Below the pieces are notes generated by a model, which searched no databases, had not been told where the DNA came from, and saw nothing but the letters and a program-made list of their open reading frames with translations. This document shows, in pieces, positions 27,631 through 38,116 of a stretch of DNA of 64,000 nt. The stretch is from Eledone cirrhosa (lineage: Eukaryota), in the NCBI GenBank assembly GCA_964016885.1, contig OZ024740.1, forward strand, positions 405,108,001-405,172,000, in the 5' to 3' direction. Both the position numbers and the translations under genes were made by a program. How positions within the stretch are numbered: the stretch's first letter is position 1; each line of letters begins with the position of its first letter.

Positions 27631-29043
27631 AATTGACACTATTTTTAACAACCCCAAAACTGATAATGGGTAAAGTTGGTCTCTGCAGGATTTAAATTTG
27701 GAGGGTCAAGAACCAGAATAAAAACCAACCCTGCCAATTTGCTGTATCAGATTTATTCCTGTAAAAGGCACTTTTCAGTGCTTTATGTACATGGTAAAAG
27801 CAGTTTACCTCGCACATATATTTGTCAAATACTTCAAAAGGAAACTCTCCTTCATAAAATAAGTACTCCACAAGGAAATAGTAAAGGCCTAATCAAATTG
27901 ACAAAGGATATTCTAACAAATTAATAAACCAGTCTATTTAAGAACACAGAAATAATGAACATATCACCAAGAAATGATTGTATTAATCTCGCACAAAGTA
28001 TATTGCATGTACAAATAGATTTAGACTTCATATGTTCTGTATGAAATAGAATATTTTGTGGTATTTGTTCAGGCTGTCTGCACTATGAGTTCAAATTGTG
28101 CTGAGGTCAACTCTGTCTCTCATCCTTTCAGTACTAGGGTCAGTTCTTCCTCTATATCTCTTTATTTCCCTTCTCTCTCTCTCTCTCTTCTTTCTCTAAG
28201 AGAAATAAGCTATGTTCAGACCTGAAGAGGGGTGGGCTCTGCCAGGTTTAAGAAGTGCTCAAGACAAACTGTATGTCATGACAGTACTCCTGTCATGGTA
28301 CTCACCATAGACCAGCATGAATAATAATTTAGACACAGGTACACAAATTTCAAAGAAAGAAAATAATGGTAATAATTTCTTACAATGGTATAAGAACTGT
28401 TTTGGAAGAGCAGTCCAGTTCAATAAATCAAAATGGTCTAACCCAGTAGCAATTAGTTAATCAATCAATCAAGATCCTACAACTGGTGCAGCCAGTTGGT
28501 GAGGTGCCACTCTAGACATTTGACTATGTCCTTGATAGTATTTTAATGGGCCTTAGAAATGCTTGGCAGTGGCCATCTCCTCTGACTAAATTAAGTCTGC
28601 TAGCAGAAACAGCTAATATGTTGTGGCTGAAAAATGTTTGTACCAGAAAGGAGTCGGGTGAGAACCAGTGTACCCCGTCCATCAGAAGGATGCCATTACT
28701 GGACATTAAGGTATTCTGAATACTCTGATTTTGAGATGTTTCTTTAAATCCTAGATAATAGTATGTCTGATATTGCAATATCTTTTCATCAAATCATTTT
28801 ACTATATTTTCAAAGAAACAGTAGATAACATAGTCCAGTAATAAAATATTCCTTTAAATTATTTTACTCTACTTTCAAAGAGATGGTAGGTAATGATGTG
28901 TCCAGTATTGAAATAAGATTTTTTTCAAATTAGTCCATAGAGATTAAGAAAAGGTTCTAATTCTTTAGATCTTACTCTTCCTCTGAGAGTGAAGATATAG
29001 AAAGTGTTGTTCCTCTGGCTCTATTTTGTCTCTAGTGCCTTAA

Positions 29044-29222
29044 CACTTTAGCATTTAAACTGGATATATCTGGCCAGAATTCTCTCACCTCTTTCTGGTC
29101 AAACCAGCCATAACTGGCTGCTCATACTTGTAGGTTTGATATTATGTGGGATAATTATGTGAGATAAAGCCTTTACTGCAAAAGTACAATAGTAAATATA
29201 GAGTAATGTAAATGCTAAAGGG
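29044..29222. mobile_element. piggyBac-type MITE, family A
   Basis: TTAA|CACTTTAGCATTTA ... TAAATGCTAAAGGG, with internal homology to 45333-45538 and 55189-55382. Confidence 0.75.
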
Positions 29223-29242
29223 TTCGACAATCTGAATCTTAA

Positions 29243-29445
29243 CCCAACTCATCCAAAACCACCTTTGTTTCAATGAAACAAAACCAGCCATTTTAAAGGG
29301 TTCTTATTTGTGTTAAAACTTTTCAACACATAATTTTACCTTTTATGTTACAAATACGATCTTAATGAAGAATTTGAGGGATTTCAAAAATTATTTCATT
29401 AATTCAAATACTGCGTATCTTATTAAAAATGTGGTAATGAAAGGG
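29243..29445. mobile_element. piggyBac-type MITE, family B
   Basis: TTAA|CCC ... GTGGTAATGAAAGGG|TTAA, homologous to the copies at 51271, 56970 and 57880. Confidence 0.7.
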
Positions 29446-29755
29446 TTAAGATTGCATATAAACCAAAGACAAAGACTTAGATGCATTAGTACCCTTCTTT
29501 ATAAGGAAAGATTAAAATATATTTATCCAGTAAATCAACATAAATTCTTTTAAATCTAAATCTTTTTTTCCATTTTTCTTCAGTTTTATATCTTTATTGA
29601 AAATGGTATTTAAACTGGTTATATCTGGCTTTTAACAGTACTTTTATGATCTTCCTTCAGTTACTTAATGTAAGAATTAGATAAAGATAAATTTATAACT
29701 GACATGTCATAAAATATGTAAGTAGATAAACAATAACTGCCTTTAAAACTTTTTT

Positions 29756-30140
29756 GCCATCTCACTCTCACTCTCTCACTCTCTCTCTCTCACTCTCTCT
29801 CTCTCTCACTCTCTCTCACTCTCTCTCTCTCTCTCTCACTCTCTCTCTCACTCTCTCTCTCACTCTCTCTCTCACTCTCACTCTCTCTCTCACTCTCTCT
29901 CTCACTCTCTCTCTCTCTCTCACTCACTCTCTCACTCTCTCTCACTCTCTCTCACTCTCTCTCACTCTCACTCTCTCTCTCTCTCTCTCACTCTCTCTCT
30001 CTCTCACTCTCTCTCTCACTCTCTCTCTCACTCTCTCTCTCACTCTCTCTCTCACTCTCTCTCTCTCTCTCACTCTCTCTCTCTCTCTCACTCTCACTCT
30101 CACTCTCTCACTCTCTCTCTCACTCACTCTCTCTCTCTCA

Positions 30141-30171
<31 letters not shown>

Positions 30172-30179
30172 ACTCTCTT

Positions 30180-30235
<56 letters not shown>

Positions 30236-30325
30236 TCTCTCTCTCACTCTCTTTCTCTCTCTCTCTCACTCTCTTTCTCTCTCTTTCTCTCTCTCTCTTT
30301 CTCTCTTTCTCTCTCTCTCTTTCTC

Positions 30326-30377
<52 letters not shown>

Positions 30378-30476
30378 CATCTCTGTCTCTCTCCATCTCT
30401 CTGTCTCTCTCCATCTGCCTCTCTCCATCTCTCCGTCTCTCTCTGTCTCCATGCCTGTTCCCCCTCTCTCTCTCTA
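29756..30476 (+). repeat. Compound (CT)n microsatellite with CTCA/CTTT/CCAT interruptions
   Basis: Read directly from the sequence. Confidence 0.98.
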
Positions 30477-30601
30477 TCAGTTTTGAGGTTAATTTTAAGG
30501 AATAAATTTTTTTTTATGGACTCGTTTCATATTTATTGTTTTCTCTGTTAACCCCTTGAATTCTGACCCACAATTGTGTGTGCACACTCCCAAATCTCAG
30601 T

Positions 30602-30935
30602 ATCATCATTTCGCGTCCACTTTCCACGCTAGCATGGGTTAGACGGGTTGTCCCATTTGAGGCAGGTTAGGTCAGGTGACCTTGTCTTGCTCATACAGAA
30701 CTGTTTCTGGCTAGATTTCTACAGCTGGATGCCCTTCCTAATGCCAACCATATTTAGTGTGTGATGGGTGCTTTTTGTCATGACATCTACACGACTATAC
30801 AGTGTGGACTGGATGATTTTTGTCATGACACCTACACAACGATGCAGTGAGGACTGGATGATTTTTGATGTGACACTTAGCCCATTCTGTAAGGTGGTTG
30901 TGTAAGTGCTTTTTGTCGTGACTCCTACACATACA
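30602..30935 (-). mobile_element. RTE LINE 3' UTR remnant with several copies of the ~48-bp subrepeat
   Basis: CATCATTTCGCGTCCACTTTCCACGCTAGCATGGGTTAGACGGG...CTACAGCTGGATGCCCTTCCTAATGCCAACC is the same tail as at 62250-62510. Confidence 0.8.
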
Positions 30936-31054
30936 GTATTCACATGAAAATCATTAAAAACAAAATGCATTTGGTCAGTTGAAGTGGAGGGTGGGGGGTA
31001 AATGTATAGATTTAATAAGTCATGTGGATGCCTTACCAAAGAATTCAGACTAAT

Positions 31055-31490
31055 AATATAATAATGAAAATTATTGTATACAGTGCTCGGGTGCACTACA
31101 ACTCATCAAAGGAGCATGTATATACATGGATTAAAGTATATATGACAGGAAAGTGAATAGTATGAGTCATGATATACTCACACACATGCCTGTGTGTGTG
31201 TGTGTGTGTGTGGAAATATCAGGTGTAGTGTTGGCAAATTTCAGGAAGCATGGAGGTTTTAAAGGATACAGTGTCCCGGCAGATAACAACTGATGCAGGT
31301 AGTTTGTTCCATGCTTCAACAACTCTGAGTATGAAAAGATGTTTCCAAAAGTCATGGGAGCTGTGCTGTTTTCTGACTTTGTAGGCATGCTTATGAGTGT
31401 TACCCATGGAAATCAAAAAGGTGCTCAGGGTTGTTTTTGGAAAGATGGTTAATAATCTTGTGGGTGTCTATTAAGTCAGTTGCCAATAAT
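31055..31490 (-). mobile_element. CR1-clade LINE 3' end (C-terminal ORF2 remnant plus 3' UTR)
   Basis: ORF 31219-31416 reads THKHAYKVRKQHSSHDFWKHLFILRVVEAWNKLPASVV...SFK, which fits the CR1 C-terminal pattern TRGH.YKL....R..FF..RVV..WN.LP..VV....FK. The 3' UTR recurs at about 57452-57525. Confidence 0.8.
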
Positions 31491-31602
31491 GATACAAAAA
31501 CAATCAATGGTTTATGCAGAAACTGATGTAAATAACAGTAGTAAAGAGAAATGTGCAGTAGAATGGAAGACCAGGTTGTTTAGAATATATTCAAACATAG
31601 TT

Positions 31603-31940
31603 GGAGGCACATGGCTTAGTGGTTAGAGCATTGGGCTTGCAATCGAAAGGTTGTGAGTTCAATTCTCAGACCGGGTGATGTGTTGTTTCCTTGAGCAAGA
31701 CACTTTATTTCACATTGCTCCAGTTTACTCAGCTGTAGAAATGAGATGATAGGGACTGGGGTCCCTATCATTCCACTGCAAAGTGGTCGTGGAGGTGCCA
31801 CAGCCAAAAAAGCACCTAGCACTCACTGTAAATGTGGTTGGTGTTGGGAAGGGCATCCAGCTGTAGAAATCGAGCCAGAATTAGTTCCCGTCCCACCCTT
31901 GCAAGCAGGGAAAAGCGGACGTAAAATGATGATGATGATG
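31603..31940 (+). mobile_element. Full-length tRNA-derived CORE-type SINE with RTE-derived 3' tail
   Basis: A-box TGGCTTAGTGG, B-box GAGTTCAATTC (31655-31665), CORE-like CCTTGAGCAAGACACTTTATTTCACATTGCTCCAG, a tail matching the RTE 3' UTR and an (ATG)n end. A closely similar copy lies at 62942. Confidence 0.9.
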
Positions 31941-32397
31941 GTTGGTACTAGAACATTGGACCAGTAGATTCAATGTTATATTTTTTATTAAATATATCAG
32001 AAATTTTTAAAACTTTCATTTCTGCAAATATAATTTAGTACCAGGTCAGCACTGATCAAATTTACCTGTGATCAAACTTTGCAGCATTGACCAGTCCTTT
32101 TTCTATATCCAGGACTACCTTTTGAAGATGGTAGTATGTTGTTTGAAAGAAATTTGGCTACTATTTTTAGTAGGTCAAATAGCTACATTGAGGCACATTT
32201 ATTGGTATTATATGATGAGATTACGATCAAAATTATGAATCTTTATCATTAATGATTTCTGTATTTTCTCAAATATAATAATAGAAATTTTGAACTAAAA
32301 TTAAAGGCAAAAAATGGGTTAGTCGTATTATAAATGCATTCACGTTTTCAGTAATTTTTGCTAAGTTTTAAAAGGATTTGTAATCTATTCAAAATGA

Positions 32398-32830
32398 ACA
32401 TCATAGTTTAATGTCCATTTTCCACGCTAGTATGGGTTAGACGGGTTGCCTATTTGAGGCAAGTCGGGTCAGGTGACCATGTTTTGCTCATTCAAAATTG
32501 TTTCTGGTTTGGTTTCTATGGCTGGACACCCTTCTTAATGTCAACCACATTCAGTGTGGGCTGGGTGCTTTTTGTCATGACACCTACACAATCACTTTAC
32601 AGTGTGGACTGGGGACTTTCATGGGGGCTGGTGTGAGGATTGGGGAGGTAATTATAGGAGCATATGTTAGGACATGGGTGGGGTGATAGGATGTGGGAGA
32701 TGTATGGAAGGGGGATTGAGGCAACAGTGGGGCATACTAGATATATGCTTCAGCCTCTGCCTACGGGAAGATGGGTCTTCTGTATTACTGCATAACACCA
32801 GAGATCTGTCTTGTGTCATTGCCTTTTGAG
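32398..32830 (-). mobile_element. RTE LINE 3' UTR remnant
   Basis: Homologous to 62250-62600 (CCACGCTAGTATGGGTTAGACGGG; ATATGCTTCAGC...GGGTCTTCTGTATTACTGC). Confidence 0.75.
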
Positions 32831-33838
32831 ATGTACAATTGTGCAGCTTTTATCATCTCATGCTTCAGAAACAGGGGTTTTATACTCAAGTTGTTTTATA
32901 CTCAAATCATATCATACAGAAAGTAATATGGTAATTTAATTACATTTATTTTTGAAAACCCAGCATTTTATCTCTTGAAATTAACCTGATTAGCTCCCTA
33001 ATCAGCTCTATAATTTCAGAAAGCAATACAATATGATCATGATCTCTACAAGTAATATAACCTCCATGAATTCTTATATATATATATATATTAGTTTATT
33101 TTTTAATTTTTATCATAATTTGGTTTGCCAAGCTTAAGTAATGCTTAGAAATCAATTCTTGTGGAAATCAATAATTAAACTCGATTACAAACTGTAATTC
33201 AAAATATTGAACATCAGTTTAGCTTAGGTTTCAAACTACAACAGTAATTATACAACATTGCTGTTAAAGATATTAGACAAAAAGTGCAACAGGTCCATTG
33301 AAGACCTATTGCTCTATTCTCTCTCATATAAATAACTAATAGGAATTTGTATTAGAAAATATTAGCATGTAATTCATTCATAATTGCTGTCAATATTTCT
33401 GAAATAGTTAGTTTCCTGATAACAAATATTCAGATATCTTCTATTGATGCTGAGCAGTTACCAGTTAATCTGTGGATTCAACAATTTTTACATATGATTC
33501 AGATACTATATCGAGCAATAAAATTAACTACTGAAATAAAGAAACCAAACAAATGATTTTTTTTTTTTTTTTTTTTTTTTCATAGCAATATTTATAGTAA
33601 ACTAAAAATACCATTGATCATGAAAAATAATCAATATGATTGGAACAAAGAACTAAATAAAGAAAAATGTAGAGATTTTTATAAATTTCTAATTTCTTTT
33701 TTCTGATAAACCATATAGAATGTTTTTTTTTCAAATTGATCACAAGGACAATAACTTTTGTGTGTAATATTTATTAGATGGCACCCACTGATGTGAGTTG
33801 TCACAATATTTGTAATCGCCTGTGAAATTTTTTCTATG

Positions 33839-33873
<35 letters not shown>

Positions 33874-33874
33874 A

Positions 33875-34545
33875 TCTATATATATATATATATATATAGT
33901 TGTAGTTCCTGTCTGTTTGTTTGTTCACAAACTCCTCCTATAGTTTTGGAGATAGACCCCCCCCCCCCATAACCATATATATTCTGAAACTACATTGCCC
34001 AGGGTACTTGGATAAGTATATTTCATCTTAATCAAAGGGTTCCCTGGGGGCACAAACCCCCACTGAAAATGTTTTCCCTTCTATTTATATGAAATTTAAA
34101 TCATAGGTAAATGACAAGATATGATGCCTATTCACAAAACTTCAGAAAATTTCAATAATATTAAGACACCGTAATGGGGGTTAAACCCGTCTATTAGGGT
34201 TCCCCGGAAGCACAAACCCCCGTTGAAAATGTTTTCCCTTAGATTTATATGAAATTTAAACCATAGGTAAATGACAAGATATGATGCCTATTCACAAAAG
34301 TTTTGAATTGATATTTTGAAAAAAATTATTTACAAGAAACAAAATAAGATTAAGATTTAATAATGTAATTTTGATTTGATATACTACAAAAAATGTTTTC
34401 CAATTTTTCATGCATTACATTTTACATTGAGTAATATTGAAATGCAGAGTTTTTTCTCCATAAATTATATCACTGATTTAAAATCAATCATCATTTTCTT
34501 ACAAAAACATTGTGAAACGCTGAAAGGTGCGGGTAATTTGGCTAG
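33875..34545 (+). mobile_element. Probable non-autonomous Helitron
   Basis: A|TC 5' end followed by (TA)n and GTCTGTTTGTTTG; 3' end GCGGGTAATTTGGCTAG|T; no TSD. Contains an internal ~105-bp direct duplication (about 34037-34140 and 34196-34300). The subterminal hairpin is weak. Confidence 0.6.
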
Positions 34546-34552
34546 TATTATA

Positions 34553-35463
34553 TTGGGTTGGTGCATAATTATTGCAGCCTTTTTTCAACAAATTTTATTC
34601 AATAAAAACAAAAACAACATTTAACAAAAACATCTTTAAATGATTATTCCAGAGCATATTCGCCATCTACTTCAATTACTGTTTCCTATTTGCTTGGCAG
34701 ATGGTCGATTCCACGGGCGAGGAAGTTACTGTTCTTAGAGGCAATCCACTCGTTGATGGTGGCCACCAAGTCATCCAAGTCGTCGGAAACTTTGTTTGCG
34801 AGCCAATTTTTCAGCGATCGATTGACGTGATAGTCCGTAGGCGCTTCTGTGGGAGAATATGGCGGATGAGGAAGCAGTTCCCAGCCCTTATTGGCGATAT
34901 ATTCGACGACACAACGCTCAACATGTGGATGTGCAATATCGTGGTGGTAGACAATATGGTTCTTTTTGCGCTGTCTTTTCATCTCGATTGCAGCATGAAT
35001 GCAGACAAGTTGAGCTAGATAAACGTCGCTGTTGATATTTAATTGTCGCTTGCCGTTTTTGTCCACAATCCGCCACTGTTGACGCTCATCGTCGTCATTC
35101 CACCAATAACAAATCCCGTCTGAGATGATTTCCCAGTGAATGATTCCGCTTCTGTCCCACCAAACACACCACATTGCCTTCTTACAGTGGACGCCTTTCG
35201 GTATTCCTTTGGATGAAACACCTGGCAAAACGCAAACCTTCTTTCTTTTGACGTTTTTGAAGAGAAGCCACGATTCATCCCCAGTGACAAGATTCTTCAG
35301 GAAGGGAGTTTGCTCATTTCGCTGCAGCAAATCAGTAAAAATTTGGACACGTTCGGCTTTGTTGTTATCGGAGAGTCATTTAAAGATGTTTTTGTTAAAT
35401 ATTATTGTTTTTGTTAAATAAAATTTATTGAAAAAAAGCCGCAATAATTATGCACCAACCCAA
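34553..35463 (-). mobile_element. Non-autonomous mariner (Tc1/mariner DD34D) element, 911 bp, TA TSD
   Basis: TIR TTGGGTTGGTGCATAATTATTGC is present at both ends and resembles Hsmar1. TA lies at 34551-52 and 35464-65. The inverted repeats extend to about 90 bp. Confidence 0.95.
34644..35375 (-). pseudogene. Mariner transposase pseudogene (catalytic domain only)
   Basis: VTGDESW, HHDIAHPH and YSPTEAPTDYH, with 34 residues between the 2nd and 3rd Asp. The N-terminal HTH and WVPHE motif are missing. A premature TAG at 34686 precedes ETVIEVDGEY. Confidence 0.93.
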
Positions 35464-35567
35464 TATATACAGGGAAAAGTGGACATAAAATGATGACGAT
35501 GATATATAGTGTAGGTAGTGAAGTACTGGTGTTCGTATCAAATCAAGCACTCTATACACAGTGTATA

Positions 35568-35909
35568 TAATAGAAAAATTTATGAAGTTTCGTTTACATA
35601 TGAAAAATATTTATTGCATATCGACCTGTTACGTGCATTTTGCAGAGGATTGGCCCAAGATGACCCATAGCAGTTATGGACCTGACGCCAGTGTCGATCT
35701 GCTCCGCAGACTGGTGATGCGACAAAAGATATATTTTTGACAATAGATATCTTTTGTCGCATCACCAGTCTGAGGAGCAGATCGACACTGGAGTCGGATC
35801 CATAACTCCTATGGGTCATCTTGGGCCAATCCTCTGTGAAACACGCATAACAGTTCGATACGCAATAAATATTTTTCATATGTAAACAAAACTTCATTTT
35901 TTTCTACTA
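35568..35909. repeat. Long foldback / palindromic MITE-like element (arms ~165 bp, spacer ~13 bp)
   Basis: 35571-35732 is the reverse complement of 35746-35906 with about 14 substitutions by eye. Flanks are TA-rich. Confidence 0.92.
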
Positions 35910-36099
35910 TATATATATATATATATAGTTTTGATATCTAACCTGTACATTTTTACTGACTTTATTTTGAACTGTGGATCATTCATGCGTTTACATTTTT
36001 ATATATAACTATGTATTTTATAGTTATGCATATATGAATCTATTATCTAGGATTGTAATCGTTATCCTTTACTAAATGTATACTGTCTCATTAATACTT

Positions 36100-36320
36100 A
36101 GTATATCTCTCTATATGTAGTTGGTGCAAATATGTTTATATTGTATAACATATTCATAATTATCATTCGGTATATCTCTGTATATAGTTTTGTGCAAATA
36201 TGTTTATAATGTATAATAACACAATCATAATTTTAGTTCGGTATAACTCTATATATAGCTTGTCTAAATATATATATATATTTATATTGTATATTGACAT
36301 AATCATAATTAGAGTTCGGT
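36100..36320. repeat. Three degenerate ~70-bp tandem repeats
   Basis: GTATATCTCT.TATA..AG..TGTGCAAATATGTTTATA.TGTATAA...ATCATAATT...TTCG units start at about 36101, 36170 and 36241. Confidence 0.75.
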
Positions 36321-37138
36321 TCTTCCCTAGAAGGCTGAACTAATGTAATGATCTAATATAATATATGAATAGATAATAAAAATAATAATTTATAGTCCTC
36401 TTATTAAGATCAATGCACACACATATATATATATTTACAGCTGAAAACTCTGGTTTAATTGTTATACTTTAGACACTATAACTATTTAACAATTAATTCC
36501 CTGATAATTATAACTGTAAATACTTCATAAACTATACATATCGAAAATGTTGACACTGTTACAAGTAATATTGTTAAAGATTACCTTTGTGTGAATATTG
36601 AACAGTATATATTTTTCTTTCGCATGCCTAGTAAATCCTTTAAATTTAATTTCATAAAACTTTGAATTTTAGAAATTTAACACATTTATAAAATTTATAA
36701 CACAAATAACCATCAATTTTAAAACCTAAAATTTTGATTCGTTACCCTAAAATAACATAAATTAAATATTTTGAAATTTAACCGACAAGGCTATAAGTTT
36801 GTGTCTGAAGAAGATTTGTGCATAAATTACACCCCTTTATCTCTCTCTCTTTAATTATCTATCAGTTGCATTCTCAAACTAAAAATTAAAAAAAATTTAT
36901 AACTCCAGATATCTATAGTCTTCCTCTATAATCCTACAGTAGCATTTCAAACTTTAATAACTCTATAACTGTTACATTAAAGCAATCTGTTTCTTACTCA
37001 CACCCTCTCTATTGATTCTATTACATTTTCGCAAGTTCTCATTTGTAGGGTATAAATATTGTGTTTTCTCACAAGTTAATCACCACCTTGATTAAATCTT
37101 AACCATTTAACATGTCAGGGTATGTCATGTATCATTTT

Positions 37139-37204
37139 ATTTTATCTGACGAGGACGTACTATTGAATTTGATTCAAGTACCTCTGAAATATGTATAATA
37201 AAAT
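37139..37204 (+). ncRNA. Type I hammerhead ribozyme candidate (Penelope-like-element style)
   Basis: Stem I ATTTTAT/ATAAAAT; core CTGACGA (37146-52); stem II GGA.GTAC..TTGAAT/ATTCAA.GTAC.TCT; GAAA (37186-89); short near-palindromic stem III ATATGTAT; UH = TA, predicted cut after 37197. Confidence 0.7.
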
Positions 37205-37380
37205 TTAATTGATCACAAGAACATCTATTTTATTTTATTAATATTTAAATTTAATATTAATAACTCTGGAAAATATCTTTTTGTAGAGTGCTTTCAATCT
37301 ACTGTAAAACTCATTCTTTGATGTACTCATTGAATCTTGTTTAACTCTTTATAAAAAAAAAAAAAATAATATATATAGTC

Positions 37381-37619
37381 AAAGTTGGTCTCAAGCCTAC
37401 AGGCTCATCGGACTTATCCTGGTTTCCATGGTGTTAGGCGACTGAGAGTACAATCTCCCCCCTGGACAGGATACTAGTCCATCGCCAGGTTAAACTCCCA
37501 GCTATTGCTGGTACTCATTTTGGGTGAGTATACTGGAGCAACACACAACCCAGTCCAGGAATTGAACCAACAATGTTATGGTCATAAGTCCAACACACGT
37601 ACCACTAGGCCATGCACGC
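37381..37619 (-). mobile_element. tRNA-derived SINE with partial CORE and a different (L2-like) 3' tail
   Basis: The reverse strand reads TGGCCTAGTGG...GGTTCAATTCC...TTGCTCCAGTATACTCA...AAATGAGTACCAG...GCGATGGACTAGTATCCTGTCCAGGGGGGAG. A related remnant lies at about 43965-44070. Confidence 0.75.
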
Positions 37620-37826
37620 ACACCATCAGTTTCACATCTATTTTCCATGCTTGTGTGTATCCCTCTTGTTACCATATCTCTAATTAAATACCTTATATTT
37701 CTTATATCGTAACTAATGAATTTCATTATGATGGTATTTGTATAAAAAAATAAATATGTTGGAAAGTTTTAAGGAACCCTTTAAAATAAGTGGTTTGTAG
37801 TGGGTTATCAAAACAAATATGAGTAT

Positions 37827-37837
37827 GTCTCTCTCTT

Positions 37838-37868
<31 letters not shown>

Positions 37869-37885
37869 TTCTCTCTCTTTCTCTT

Positions 37886-37933
<48 letters not shown>

Positions 37934-38039
37934 CCTTTCTCTCTCTCTTTCTCTCTCTTTCTCTTTCTTTCTCTCTCTTTCTCTTTCTCTTTCTTTCTCT
38001 CTCTTTCTCTCTCTTTCTCTCTCTTTCTCTCTTTCTCTT

Positions 38040-38116
<77 letters not shown>

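Noticed and set aside
28221-28325. CTGAAGAG motif as a hammerhead
   Set aside because: No correctly placed GAAA/UH or stem I; at most a dead remnant.
31603-31675. tRNA gene
   Set aside because: A and B boxes are present, but there is no acceptor stem and the sequence continues into CORE and a LINE tail, so it is a SINE head.
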